Assembly (NCBI RefSeq): GCF_009914755.1 | Contig: NC_060929.1 | From: the human T2T-CHM13v2.0 reference genome, Homo sapiens | DNA: 64,000 bases | Reading direction: 5' to 3' (one strand) | Part shown: positions 28,237 to 45,329 of the stretch, in pieces | Numbering within the stretch: position 1 is the stretch's first letter | Layout: each line of letters begins with the position of its first letter | Program-made: the position numbers and the translations under genes | Notes under the pieces: model-generated | Told to the model about the DNA's origin: nothing | Databases searched by the model: none | The model's input: the letters and a program-made list of their open reading frames with translations, nothing else

Positions 28237-28659
28237 TAGCCCACTCTGTCTTACTCCTTGAGAACCTTGATGCCACTCTCACCTGAAGTCCACAGGCAAG
28301 GTGGGATCCAGAGAGCCCTTTGTCCAGGCTGCCCTGAGTGTGACATTAGGTAAAGGGGATGAAGCTGGCCCTCCCGACCGTGGTGCCCACCAGGTCAGAG
28401 GTCTGCTGTTCCAGGGTGCTGGCTGCTTCTCTTACAGGGTGGAACACACAGTGAGTGCAAGCCCAAGGAAGCAAGAACTTCAGTTCTTCATTCTTTTCTT
28501 GCTTTACAGAAAAATTTAGTGGAACTTGAAAGCCTGATCATAAAGTTGACTGAATGAGAATTGCGCTAAGGTAATTTTGAAAAGGAAGAATACTCCACAA
28601 GGAATGCAGGAACTCTTGGGTTATCTTCTTACTTCAGATATAAAAATATCCATAAAGCT

Positions 28660-29192
28660 AGAGAATGAAACAATAGTGGCACATTTTTAGGTGGCAATTT
28701 GGTATATTTATCAAAATTGACAATAAATAAGAATTTTGTTTTTAAGAACTATTCTGGAGAAAAACTAAAAATGTGTATGTAGAGCTATGTATTAGGGTGT
28801 TCATTGCAGCCTTGTTTGTAAGAGTTTAAATGTGGAAATGTTCCAGATTTCCATCAGTACGGTAGAGCTTAAATTAATTAGGATACGGTCACACCACAAA
28901 TACCATGAAACCATGAAAAGAAATTAAGCAGAGCCAAATATGCTGACTTGAAAGGACCTGAAATATATTTGGAATGGAGGAATGAAAAAAGCAAGTCACA
29001 AAACAATATTATGCAATGATGTTACAAACACATTGGAATATATTTGGAAGGATGCACACAAACAATTTTTAGTGACAAACTTTGCAATTAGAGAAAAAGT
29101 CAAGGGAGGGTCTTACTTTTTGATATACTTCTGTGTGGTTTTCCTCTTTCATAAAGAGCATATTCATGTGTCAATTGTGTACTTAATAAAAT
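28660..29192 (+). mobile_element. Old L1ME-class 3' fragment
   Basis: ggcaatttggtatatttatcaaaatt...gtgttcattgcagccttgtttgtaagag...ccatcagta... Confidence 0.55.
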
Positions 29193-30199
29193 GATAATGT
29201 GGGGAAGCAGAATCTGGATATTTAGGAAACGAGAAAGACAGACAAATTAAAGATAATTTCAGGTTTAATCCTACAGGTGAGTTGACATGAAATTTAATGG
29301 ACTAGATAGAACCCATTGCTATCACTGGTATGGGCCACTTATTTGAAGGGAGAATATCTTTGAGCCCTAGTTAGAGTCAAATTTTTGTGGCCAAAGAGAT
29401 CATAGTGCCCTGAAGTATTCTGGGAGCAGTTAAGAATATGTTTATTGCAGCCAAATTAAATGGGGTCTTAGTGGCTATGATCGAAGAAGTTAGTACATGA
29501 AGAAAGGAAAAAATACAATAGGCTGAAATTGCTCCAGCAGCAATAAGGAAGGGAGTATCCCCTGGAAAAGTATCAGGAGGCTGTGCAGCACGGCAGGTGG
29601 GTAAGAGGAGAGAGCTACCTGTCATAGCTGCAATTAATATAAGATTATTCTCTTATCCAGCAGAAACATGAGCTAGATGCCTTTTAAGAAAATTAAAATA
29701 TGCCTTAATTGCCTAGTAAAAATCATGAGTATGATAGAAGTATGAAGCCTAAAAAGAAACATTTCTTCTTAATTCCTGCTTCTAATTCTATACCCATTCC
29801 CATTAATCACCACTGTTAGAGTTTGGTGTGAATTCTTCCAGAGCATTTAGGCTCATATATATGTACACAAGCACACATAGAAGCACACTCACACACAATG
29901 ACATGTGTGCAGAATTAAAAAAAAACTAAATATTTTACTAATGCATTCTCATTCTGAGCCTCAACAGGAGGCTATGCCCACAGAGCTGGCTCACCAAATT
30001 TTGGAGCTCTTCTTTGTGTTTCTTTATGGAATGCTCTGTGGCTGCTCTGGAGAACTGACTCTTCCTGAGTGTTTTCACCAGAACACTTGGGAAAGCAATG
30101 CAGGTTGGTTGTAAGTGTCACTGAGTGGGCAGATGTTGATTTGGATTTAGAAGAAATGGGATGCAGGAATTTTAGATTTGGGTAATTTGCAGTGCAATG

Positions 30200-30420
30200 A
30201 GTTTAAGAAATATGGATTTGAATATGGGTTTTCAAGCTATCTATATAAGCTTAGGAAAATTACTTAACCATTTAGAACCTCAGTTACCTTGCTTATAAAG
30301 TGAGAGTACAATGGCGCCTACCTTATTGCAAGGGGGTTCTGAGGACTAAAGAGGCAATGCTTACAAAATGTTTATCACCTTGCAAAGCATGTACTGAATG
30401 ATCAATAAAGTAAGCTGCCT
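30200..30420 (+). mobile_element. MIR
   Basis: cttaggaaaattacttaacc...cctcagttaccttgcttataaagtgagagtacaatggcgcctacct. Confidence 0.6.
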
Positions 30421-30634
30421 TTATTTTATTTTATTCCTGTTCCAGGTCACTTTTAGGCCACTTTTGAACACTTAGAGTCCTCTTCTAGCCCTTCTGAAAA
30501 TTGCTTTTCCAAAGGCTTGACTTGCTTGCCTTTATTTTCTGATCTAATATTTATGCACCTTTTCTACTTTTAATCTATCATGTTTGCTTCAATATGCCAA
30601 GACTCCCACATGGTGTTTTGAAAATGAACCAAGA

Positions 30635-30932
30635 GGTAGGGCGTGGAGGTTCACACCTGTAATCCCAGCACTTTGGGAGGCTGAGGTGGGCAGATCATGA
30701 GGCCAAGAGATGGAGACCATCTGGCCAACATGGTGAAACCCGTCTCTACTAAAAATGCAAAACAATTAGCTGGGCGTGGTGGCGCATGCCTGTAATCCCA
30801 GCTACTCGGGAGGCTGAGGCAGGAGAATTGCTTGAACCTGGAGTTGGAGGTTGCAGTGAGTCGAGATCACGCCACTGCACTCCAGCCAGCCTGGGTGACA
30901 GAGTGAGACTCAGTTTCAAAAAAAAAAAGAAA
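30635..30932 (+). mobile_element. AluS (AluSc-like), sense
   Basis: Full dimer with poly-A. TSD gaaa(a/g)tgaaccaaga at 30620-30634 and 30933-30947. Confidence 0.95.
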
Positions 30933-31244
30933 GAAAGTGAACCAAGAACAAACCAAAATGCTTCACACACAACTTCTTGGAGTTTCCTTAAATTGAGTTA
31001 TAGTTGATCATTTCTTGCATTTTAAACAACTTTCTTGGTTGATTTAGTGGCACAATTTTCCAAATTGATATTTGGTTTTTGACATCAAGGGCTAAAGAGT
31101 TTCCTTGCTTTTGGACTTGTGGAAATTTAGCTGTTTTTGTGCTTGTGGTCACTAGCTGACTCTTGACCCCACCAGCCCATATAGAATTGTCCTATATTAA
31201 TTTGATGTTATATTATGTCTTAGTTGCACATCTAAGTGTTCTGT

Positions 31245-31670
31245 CAATTTATTTATTCAATAAATCTTTATGAGTGACCCTGAGTTTCAGGAATTGTATT
31301 ATGTTTCAGGGATAGAGTGGTAATAGAGACAGCCCCTTCTTCCATGAAATGCAGAGTCTAGCAAGGCCTGTACACATTAAGTGATGAATTATTAATGCAG
31401 TAGTGCTCTGCTAGGTGATATGCTGTGAGAGGGACCCAGGCAGGGCTCCCTAAGGGAAGTGATACTGATATGAGATCTGAAAGAGGAATGAATAAAGTGA
31501 TAAGTAGAAGAATATTATATCCAGAAGCAACTGCATATTCAAAGACCTGGACATAAGAGAAGTCTTGCGGTATTTGAAGAACTGAAATAAAACTCATGAT
31601 TGCAGTGGAGAGCATGATGGTGTTGAGAGGTGAGGTGGGACTGAAGCCATATGAGGGATTTATTTCTTCC
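31245..31670 (-). mobile_element. L2 3' fragment
   Basis: atttatttattcaataaatctttatgagtgacc...ctccctaagggaagtgatac...gagatctgaaagagga. Confidence 0.55.
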
Positions 31671-33100
31671 AGGAGTTTCCCTGACTGATTTCTGATAACA
31701 AGAGGTTACATAGTCTAGACTGTTGCTGAGTTTGCAATGATGACAACATGTTTGAACCTCCTTGAACATAGCAGTATTTTATCGCTCTTTGGTGACTAAT
31801 GAAATTTTGTCTCTGGTCAAGTAATTGGATTCTTAGCATGACACATTTTATTTCAAGTCAAGAAGACACAAGTATAAAAGACTAGTGACTGAATGCCTCG
31901 AGTTTATATAGAAATAAAAAAGACTTGGAACTAGAGAGTCTTTGTTTTGGATGGTCTTTCTGGATTTCCTTTGTTAGTCTTTGTCTTTTGTCTACTTTTT
32001 TGTCTTCTTAAACTTTGTCTAAATGTTGTCAAACAGAACAAACAAAGCAAAAACAAAACAACAATAGATTCTGCTTCAGAGCTGTGAAGATCCAGGCAAC
32101 TTTGATGCTTCACAGTTAAAATTTTCCTTTCAGTAGCTGCACTTGCAATTGTCTCCAGCACCAGCAAAGGAGTGGTAAGAGCATCATGGTTTCCAAGATC
32201 CAACTTGTAAGGCACGTGGGAATGGGATACTACCTAAGAAGGAATTCTAGTCTTTTATTCTATGTAGAATAAAAAAAACTTATCTTTGTTAACTAAAACC
32301 CTTGACTGTTTAAAATAATATGATTTAGGATAATCAATAAATATATTTATAGAGATGCGCTATATAGCATATCTGATATAAATGTTTAATTCATTCCTAG
32401 TGGTATGTATAGAGTTTCACCTATGGCTCTGTCTTGCCTTACTCAAAAAGCAGAACAATTTCTTTCTTAGAAAGAAAGCTACCAGTGCCCAGATGCCCAC
32501 TCCTATTCTTTTTAGGGAATGATAATTTGTTCTCCTTTGAGCCCAGATTTCTCAGTGAATTCTCCAGTATGCTCACAGCTCTCCCTCCAGATATTTTGAG
32601 AGCTTGGAGTCATAGTCCTGCATTTTTAAGGAAGCTGTGAAAATCCACATGAGCTCTCCTTTTCCAGCTGTAGAAAAAACTAAATAGTGTCCCAACACCA
32701 CTGTTGGTTGAGAGTCCTTTGGATCTAAGTTTTCTTCTTCTGTATTCTTATGGGTCCTCGTGAAAAACAAATGTAAGAGAATAGCAGAAAATAAAATACA
32801 CTGGCAGAAGGATTTTCAATGTTAAGAACTGGCCTATGACAAAACTGGCCATTTTACATCTTTGTCATATTTATAGGTTTACTTTTCTAATACTTATACT
32901 TTTGATTTGCGGCGGGAGCTTGGAGTCGGTAAGGTAGCCATAGACAGGAAGATTTGTACAATGATGGAAAGCTAATAAGCACTTGAATTTTGTTAAAGAA
33001 AGATTCTCAAATCACAGTATATTTTTGGCAGTACAGAAAAGTATTCTTCTGGGGATAGAGGGAGTGTCCACATAAGTCAGAATGAAAATGAGCTGGGAAG

Positions 33101-36700
<3,600 letters not shown>

Positions 36701-37715
36701 GAAAATGAGTGGGAAGAGAACCAAATAGTTAAGAACATGGTCATAAAGAGTCTAGATTTTGATGAGAGAACAAAGGAAGAGTTAGAAATAAGGTGTGAGA
36801 AATGATCATAGTATCTGGCTAGAAAGAAAGCCAACTTTGTTTGAATTTAAAGTGGACCAGAGGGACAAATGGTGTGAAAAGCAGTGTGACTGATGATATC
36901 TAGTAGGTAGCAGATGCTGATGGAGGGAGGGAGGGTAGACTGCATAGACAGGAAGGGCCTCAGTATAAGGTAAAAATGATTCATCATTAATAACGACTAA
37001 TTTTTTTTTTAAGCATAGGTGTTGTGGTGAAGGGACAAGTACAGGAGAAAGTATACAGTTATTTAATTATCTTTCCTAAATGTTGAAAACACACATGTAG
37101 CCTTTATAAGATATAGTATTTTGTGAATTAGATGAAGAGTTTGTGCATGGATACTGTGGTGCCTACTAGGGCACCTTCTTCTTAGGTTCAATGAAATATT
37201 TAGACTCACATCATGACCACAGGCCCCCTTGGCCCCAGTCTACTTGAAATACTATAGGACAAGAACTTTAGAATGTCAGAGGACAGTGTCAGGTGCTCCT
37301 CTGCTGTGGGAGTCCTTGCAGCAGTCTTTACCACTATCCACACAATTGTTCAGGAGCCATTCTCTGTGGCCCTGATTTAGAAGACTCCTGCCCCACAACA
37401 GCCAATACCTCTTATAACAACTCCCATCAGGGGTTTATGGTTCATTTATAGTTCTGCCCAGTCCAGATGCAAGTTACCAATAAAGAGTCATTATTATTAT
37501 CAGTAATGTGCCAGACAACAGAGTTGACATCATTTTTATAAGGTTAGTTAGGGGACAGAGGGAGAAAGTTAACCAAAAGTCAAATTCTCAAGTAGAAATA
37601 AAAATGGTTAGCCCTTTACCTGCAGATATCTAAAAAGGCTCTTGTACCTGTGAAACTATAAGACTGCCTAATGCCTCCCTGTGCTGTGCTATCCCAGCCC
37701 ATACATCTTGGTAAT

Positions 37716-38074
37716 TAATATGGTTTGGCTGTGTCCCCACCCAAATCTCATCTTGAATTATAGCTTCCATAATTCCCACAAGTTGTGGGAGGGACCTGGT
37801 GGGAGGTAACTGAATCATGGGGGTGGGCAGGTCTTTCCCATGCTGTTCTCCTGATAGTGAATAAATCTCACAAGATCTGATGGTTTTATAAAGGGGAGTT
37901 CCTTTGCACACACTCTCTTGCCTGCCTCCATGTAAGACGTGACTTTGCTCCTCATTCACCTTCTGCCATGATTGTGAGGCCCCCCCAGCTATGTGGAACT
38001 GTGAGTCAATTAAACCTCTTTCCTTTATAAATTACCCAGTTTTGGGTATGTCCTCATTAGCAGTGTGAGAACAG
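37716..38074 (+). mobile_element. THE1 (THE1C-like) MaLR solo LTR, last bases missing
   Basis: atatggtttggctgtgtccccacccaaatctcatcttgaatt...ccatgattgtgaggcc...taaacctctttcctttataaattacccagt. Confidence 0.92.
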
Positions 38075-38369
38075 TGATCAGTCACTATCTACTGAATGTA
38101 TATAGGCGACATGATGTAAACTGAGAAATCTCAGTTATCTGACACTAAAGGGCTAAAATTGACAGTCCAGATGACCCAAACCATGCTTCAAACTCCCCAC
38201 AAGGGCTGTGTAGCCAGGATATATTTTCATTAGTTAGTCCTCATAAAAACATGTAAAGTGGGTGTTGAAACTGTCCGTCAGCCCTTTAGTTTCTGATAAC
38301 TCACATTTCTCAGTTTACATCATATCATCCATATACACTCAGCAAATGGTAATTGATCACCAAAAACAA

Positions 38370-38778
38370 AAAACAAAAAACCCCAGCTAATTTGGGAAAT
38401 ATGGAAATACCACCAGGGAAGTAGAGAACGATGCAGGGAGGGAAGGCAGCTAAGGTAGGTGCGCTACCAAGCCAGCTACCATAGTGGGCAACTGGAGCTC
38501 ATCCTGGGGTGACTGTGGGGAACAGTGCAAACCCACACCTCAGGATGATCCCAGCTGAGGGATGAGGGAGGCAGGACATTTACACACCAATGCCCTAGAG
38601 CCATCGGTTGAGGGCTGCTCCCAGAAGGTGCTAACTCCCTGGTACTTTGGCCTGCTGCACAGGGGCAGCAGAAAATAAATCACTGGAGCAGGAAATATAG
38701 ATACTGGCACCGGGGAGTCACTTGAGCACAGTGAATGATCCCAGGGTTGTGGGCAGGACATGGACAACATCTGTTATG
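38370..38778 (-). mobile_element. ERVL LTR16-like
   Basis: gggcaactggagctca...ccacacctcaggatgatcccagctgagggatgagggaggcaggacatttacacacc...ggttgagggctgctcc...caacatctgtta. Confidence 0.65.
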
Positions 38779-38914
38779 GCAGGCTTGCATTTTAGGTCTG
38801 GAAATGCTATGACAAAGAAACTCTTTTTTTCCATTTATGAAGTCCCTCCACAAAGTCTCCGTGGGCTTTTAATTGAAATATGAGCATGAAACATTTAATC
38901 TGATGGAGAAGAAA

Positions 38915-39120
38915 TGGTACAGCAAAGTGATTACAAACTCTCAGGAGTTCCACTGCTTGGGTTTAAACCCCATCTCTGCTGCTTGGATAGCTTAGTTGTG
39001 TAATTTAGGCAAGGTCTGGAGCCTTTTTGTGCCTCAGTCTTCTCATTTGTGGAATTGGGACAATAAGGATGTTATGAGAATTGAATTAGATGATATGAGT
39101 GAAAGACGTAGATAGAACAG
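38915..39120 (+). mobile_element. MIR
   Basis: ctgcttgggtttaaaccccatctctgc...tgtgcctcagtcttctcatttgtggaattggga. Confidence 0.6.
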
Positions 39121-39166
39121 ATTGTTGGGGTCAGAGATGAATAACTAAGAGTTTTTGCCCTCGTAG

Positions 39167-39464
<298 letters not shown>

Positions 39465-39717
39465 GAGTTTAAATCTTAATGGGGAAGATACTTAAGCAAA
39501 CAGATCATCTTAATATAACAGGATCAAATTTGAGATTGTGACAGACACAACATCTGTGGGAGCACAGAGAAGATGCATTTAGCACACTCTGAGAAATCAG
39601 AATGGCTTCCGGGGAAAGAACATGACTAAACTCCCAGACAGGAGGGGCTGCATGGAGAGAGGAGTGCCAGGCACAGGGAAGAACGCTCCAGGTAAAGCAA
39701 TGTGAGCCTCACTCACC

Positions 39718-40203
39718 TTTTTTCTTTTTTATACAATTTAATTTAGTTTAATTTTAAGTTTAGGGATACATGTGCAGGACGTGCAGGTTTGTTACATAGG
39801 TAAACATGTGCCATGGTGGTTTGCTGCACCTGTCAACCCATCACCAAGGTATTAAGCCCTACATGCATTAGCTATTTATTCTGATGCTCTCCCTCTCCCC
39901 ACCCCCCAAAAGGCCCCAGTGTGTGATGTTCCCCTCCCTGTGTCCATGTGTTCTCATTGTTCAGCTCCTATTTCTAAGTGAGAACATGTGGTGTTTGGTT
40001 TTCTGTTCCTGTGTTAGTTTGCTGAGGATAATGGCTTCCAGCTCTATCCATGTCCCTGCAAAGGACATGATCTCATTCCTTCTTATGGCTGCATAGTGTA
40101 TGTACCACATTTTCTTTATCCAGTCTATCGTTGATTGGCATTTGGGTTGATTCCATGTCTTTGTTATTGTGAATAGAGCTGCGATGAACATACACATGCA
40201 TGT
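39718..40203 (-). mobile_element. 5'-truncated primate L1PA 3' end (about 490 bp)
   Basis: gatacatgtgcaggacgtgcaggtttgttacataggtaaacatgtgccatggtggtttgctgcacc. Minus ORF 39961-40197 MFIAALFTITKTWNQPKC...FAGTWIELEAIILSKLTQEQKTKHHMFSL is the ORF2 C-terminus. Confidence 0.93.
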
Positions 40204-40999
40204 ACCTTTTTTTTTTCATTTGAATTGTATTGGATGAAGTGACGCAGGAGTGAGTTTAGGCAATCACTTCAAAAGCTTTACCACTCTGAAGCTGAGGAGT
40301 GGAGTATGAGATGGAGGGCTAGGCAGGGGGAGGGGTGGAGTGGGCGTAGGGCTGAGCCCTGGTGGTCCCAGCACTTCCTCTAACAATCTGCATGACTATA
40401 GACAAGTCCTTCACCCTCTCTAAGCCCTCGACTCCCCACCTGACCAAAGAGGGGCTTTGGGTAGCTGGGTCGTGATCAGGGCTTATAGCCCTGTCTAAGT
40501 GCCCACCTTCAGAAGCGTGCTTCAGCCTTTGTGGGAAGGTGGTTATGCATGCTGCTATGGCCTGTGATTTAGAGGGTTTTGACAAGTGTGGAGAAGTGTC
40601 TGCTCCCCTCTCATGCTTCCCATCTGGAGTTCTCAGTTCTTTGCCAAATTCCCTCCAGCTCTTTGGCACGGTGGCCTGGTCTCAGAGCAGGCTGTGCCTT
40701 GGAATTTGGCTTTTTGGGGACATGTTCTCTAGTTCTGGCCTGTTGAGGTGGTCTTGTTCTCCTTGTCTCCATCAGTGCCTGCTGGGATTTGGCAGGCCGA
40801 CCCCCAGCCCAGACTAGGGACAGAAGGCAATGGAAGCCCCTCACTGGGCTGCACTGATGCATGGCAGGACCACTCAGTGTCTTGAGGTTCAGCTGTGGTC
40901 TTTCATGCATGATTTAGTATCAGAACTAGGCTTTTGGTGTTTGGAAGACAGCACATCCTCCAAGGCATCACATCAGAGATGAAACTCTCACCTCCATGT

Positions 41000-41148
41000 T
41001 TTCTTTCTTTTATTTTTTAAATTTTTTTACAGAAACGAGGTCTCACTGTGTTGCCCAGGATGCTCTCCAACTCCCGGGCTCAAACAATCTTTTCGCTTTG
41101 ACCCCCGCAAAGTGCTGGGCTTACAGGCGTGAGCCATGGTGCCCGACC
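41000..41148 (-). mobile_element. FLAM_C-like Alu monomer
   Basis: acagaaacgaggtctcactgtgttgcccagg...ctcccgggctcaaac...caggcgtgagccatggtgcccgacc. Confidence 0.85.
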
Positions 41149-41450
41149 ACCTCCACGATTTCTTTACACTGGGATTGCCAGTTGGTGAAGGTTAACATTT
41201 AAGAGGTTGGATGTTAATATTGTTGCTTTTCCACCCAAGAGGACAAAGATAGAAAAATGAGTTTCCGTATAAATTAATTGGTCAAGTGGTTGTGTCAAAC
41301 CCCTCAGAAGTCACCTGGTTTTCCCATATCAGCTGGTGCTCTAAGTCATTTGCAAAAAAGCCATATAGTCTAGTCAGATCACTTCTCTTCAGTCATTTAT
41401 CTCCATCATCTTGTAGAGAAGGATTTAAATTATTTATCAGTTGAGTCTTA

Positions 41451-41977
41451 CTATCAGTTAAAGTGAGGTTCAATTGTTGACATTAGTAAAATTAAAATAA
41501 TTGCAGTTTAAACAAGGTAGCTATTTTCTCTTTAATTTCTCTCTTGTATTTCTTTCTCACTTTAATGCCAGCATGTAGGTGGTCCAGGTGGTATGGTTAC
41601 TTTATATCACAGCAGATCCCAAGCTCCTTCTACCTTGTTGCTCTGCCAGGCAGGACCTCCATGGGTTCCTCGTAGTCCAAGATGGCTGTTCCTGCTCCTG
41701 CCATCAAGTCCACATTCTAGCTAGTCGTAAGAAGAAAAGGGGTAAAGAAGGGCATGGTACCTCCCAAAGGCCTTTCCTGGAGGCTGCATATGCTTCTTTC
41801 TTTAGAATGTTATTGGATAAAACTCGATGATATAGTCACACCTACCCATAATAGGGACTGGGAAATGTAGTCTTTTTTCCTGGGTGACCATGTGGCCCAG
41901 CTAAAAGTTGAGTATTCTGTTATTAAAAGAAGAAAGGGAGAGGACATATGAGGGGACAATTGGCAGTTTCTATCACT
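41451..41977 (-). mobile_element. MaLR LTR (MLT1J-like)
   Basis: cccaagctccttctaccttgttgctctgcc...ccaagatggctg...ggactgggaaatgtagtcttt...ccatgtggcccagctaaaa. Confidence 0.7.
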
Positions 41978-44900
41978 AACTAGATTTGACTCTTGAGAGT
42001 GTTGTATGATCTTGGGCACAGAATTAGAATTATTTGAGCCTCAATTTTCTTATCTGGAAAATCATTATAATGTTATTTACCTCACTGAGTTTTTGCAAAG
42101 ATAATACAAAAATTAAATAAGGTAATGTTTGTGAAAATGCTCGGTAAACTTCAGAAAGCACTGTACAAGATATTATTAGACAATAATTTGTTTTCACATT
42201 TTCTTAAGCAACTTCTCATTATGAAAACAGACAAAAGGAGGGGCACAGCAGGTATATTTTGAATGGAATAAAAGTCACTTCGGAAACAAAAGCCAATCTA
42301 GGGACAAGCATGGACGTTCATCTTGTGAAATCAGGCAGAAAAGTCTCAAAAGCAAGTGTTCAAATGTGAGTTTCCCAATTGTAATTGGAAAGATGATGTA
42401 CTCCACTAAAAAGGGTTTTCCTTTGGTATTTCAGCCTTATTAGCCTTGGCTCAAACCTACAACAGGAGAGGCACTCATAACCGACAAGAGGTAAAGAGAT
42501 CTTCGAAGAGTTTTTATATCAGGAGGGCTTTATTTGAATCAGGGGAAAGGGTCTTTAAAAAGCCGAAATCCATTTGTCTGTTTTGCCTAATAAGGAAATA
42601 CTTTATAGCATGTGATGTAGTGCTCTTGGAAAAGAATCAGCACTTTTTCCCTCTAGATTTTAATGGGACCTGACGTAATAGGAATGGGCCTCAGTAAATA
42701 TTGCATATAATTATTTATTAGATTTGTAAATTCCTCCTACTGCTGAAGCCTCCAGGCATATGGACAAAGGTGGAATATCAGGCGGCAAATACATCCAGAC
42801 TTAGCAAACACAATTGTGAGGTCATCCTATGAAGGCTCCAATAGAAACGTTGGCTATCCATGGGGCCAGAAGTAAACACTTTGTGGAGCAAAATGACCAG
42901 ATTAGGAGGCGATGACCCTTTATTTGGGACTGGTCTGGACTGTTGTTGCCAGAGGGAGGAGGCCCTCTTAACTCTTTGTGTCAGTGGTGTGTGGGGCTTT
43001 GCAATACTGGCCATTGAGATCACAGTCCAGCTTACAGAGGGCTGACTCAATCACCCACAGACCGAGGGAATCACTTGAAGTACAGTTTTCTCCTTTCATG
43101 TGGAAGGAGCAGGAAGAAGTGATAGCAAACCATCTTCTTTGATTTTCTTGTCATATAGAAATAGCCATACTAATGAAGAGGTGCTTAACATGAACCATGA
43201 ACCAGGCATATTTGGATATAAATCCAGATTCTGCTAGTTAATACCTAGATATTCTGAAGTAAATTACCTGCATTTATGAATTCTGCAGAGTTATTTTGAG
43301 AATAATATGCAAGTAATTTACACATAGTAGAGACTCAATAAGTGCATCTGATAGCTAGCTGAGGTATATCGTAGAGAAGAAGGTTAAATACAGAAGACTT
43401 ACAGTCCTTTCTCTGTCCAGTGAAGCAAATGGGGCCTTATACCAAGCCTCACAATGCTACTGAATTTTGAATTTTGAAGGCACTTTTAAAAAAATTTGTT
43501 CAAAGCATCCCAACTCACCTAAAAAGGTAGGTTTATGAACCAAAGCATTCTCTATGGGAAGAATATCCTTTTGGCTCAATTGCTTCACTTTCCCTAATCT
43601 CCTTCACCTTCAATTTCAGATTCTTTATGGAATCCCAGAAATGAATGGTCTGGGAAGGTTGTCTAGAAATGTTTTATCTTTAGGAAGAACTGCAAGCAAA
43701 CCATTCTTAAGGAGTTAAGAATACAGCCTAATACTTAACTGCCCAGTGAGGTACCTGGACACCGTAGTATGTCCCAGAGATTCACGCCACCCTGTGGTAG
43801 CTTTGCCATTCCATTCAGGGAATTATTCTTCATATATAACTTCAGTTCCTTATGGTTTAATTTAGGGCACTTAAAAAATGCTCTCATTTGGCATATATTC
43901 ATTGAAAACCTTCTCTGTTCTTGACATTGCCAAAGCACTGAGACATATATTTGGTCCTTAACTGAATAGAAATATCACTGATATTCTATTAGAAATGAGG
44001 CCCTCCTTATATTTGAAGAAAACTCATTATTTCTTTTCAATCTTAACTATTCTCTACTTAAAATTTTAAGAATCAGTTCATACTTTTAGTCTTCACATCT
44101 AGGTATTTAGTCCTACCTGAACCCTATCTAATTTCTCCATCTTTCTCTTTCTCTTTTGTAGAAACAAAAACTACCAATTCTTTGAACTTAAAAACTTTTT
44201 ATTTTTCTATGTTTGGCCACCAAAATGCTCCCATAAAGAGACCAGATTGTTTTGTATGGAAATGTATTATAAGACCAACATTTAAATGGAAAAAACCTGA
44301 ATTAAGCAGCTATAATTCAGTTGGGAAATTCAAATGAACGCATAAAACACAACAGCTGAATTGAATTAGTCCCCTGATGGTCAATTCACTAGCCACAAAA
44401 AATATGAAATGAAAAATCACTTTTTCCAATAGTTTGAAACAAAACCTAAAACATTTTAAAGTCCCTAATCAGTAAGAAGAACTCTGATTTCCTTTACTTT
44501 CACGGAAGCCCCTGAAAGTAAGACTTTGAGAGAAATACTTACAAAAAAACTTTGCATCACCAGTCTTAAGGGTAGAGAGACTCACAACCCATCAGCTTGC
44601 TTTTAGGTAAATCCTTCCCCCCGACCCACCTTAAAGGTTTCAGATGGTAGACTTTAACACAACTTTGATGGAACTTTTTGATGATACAGAAGGCTTACAA
44701 CATATGTTTCAAGTTTATGAAACCATTAACGATACAATTTTATTTGTTTCAATAGTACCACAAAAGAAGCAAAATACCCATTTGTGGAGACCTCTGTAAT
44801 TTCTAAAGTATCTTTATCTCCCAACACACTGTATGATAGGTCAGGGAGGTATTATTTATTTTTTCTGTTAAGAAAATTAGAACTCAGAAGTTGAGGAGCT

Positions 44901-45329
44901 TGTCCTGAGTCACCCAAAGAAAATGGCAGAGCTGCGGTCACAATTAAATTTCCTGTGTCTCAAATCCATATTGATAGCCTATTGTACTCAAGTCTGTGAA
45001 ATCCCTATTTTAATAGGTCCATGGGGACATTTGAGTCATTTCCCATAAAGATCAACCTTTACCTTTGGAATCGCTCTGGCCAACTTTTGTTTCATATGCA
45101 TGTGTGGCTTATCACAATGTCTTGTGTTTCTATTGCTCCTTTCTCTGAGAAAATCCAGGCACATTCCAGACACTCAAGTCTAATCAGCTCTGACAGCAGA
45201 GAAGCAGGATTGGACTACGATGGGGGTCATTTGGCACTTGCCCAGTGACTGTGGTGTAACCCATTCATTCAGGTATTCCTGGAGTAAGAATGGCCTCAGT
45301 GACCCACCACCTCTGTATGCTAGGTACTT

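Noticed and set aside
32345-32383. Imperfect AT-rich palindrome atttata..agatgcgctatatagcatatct..tataaat
   Set aside because: Short, low-complexity and mismatched, so expected by chance.
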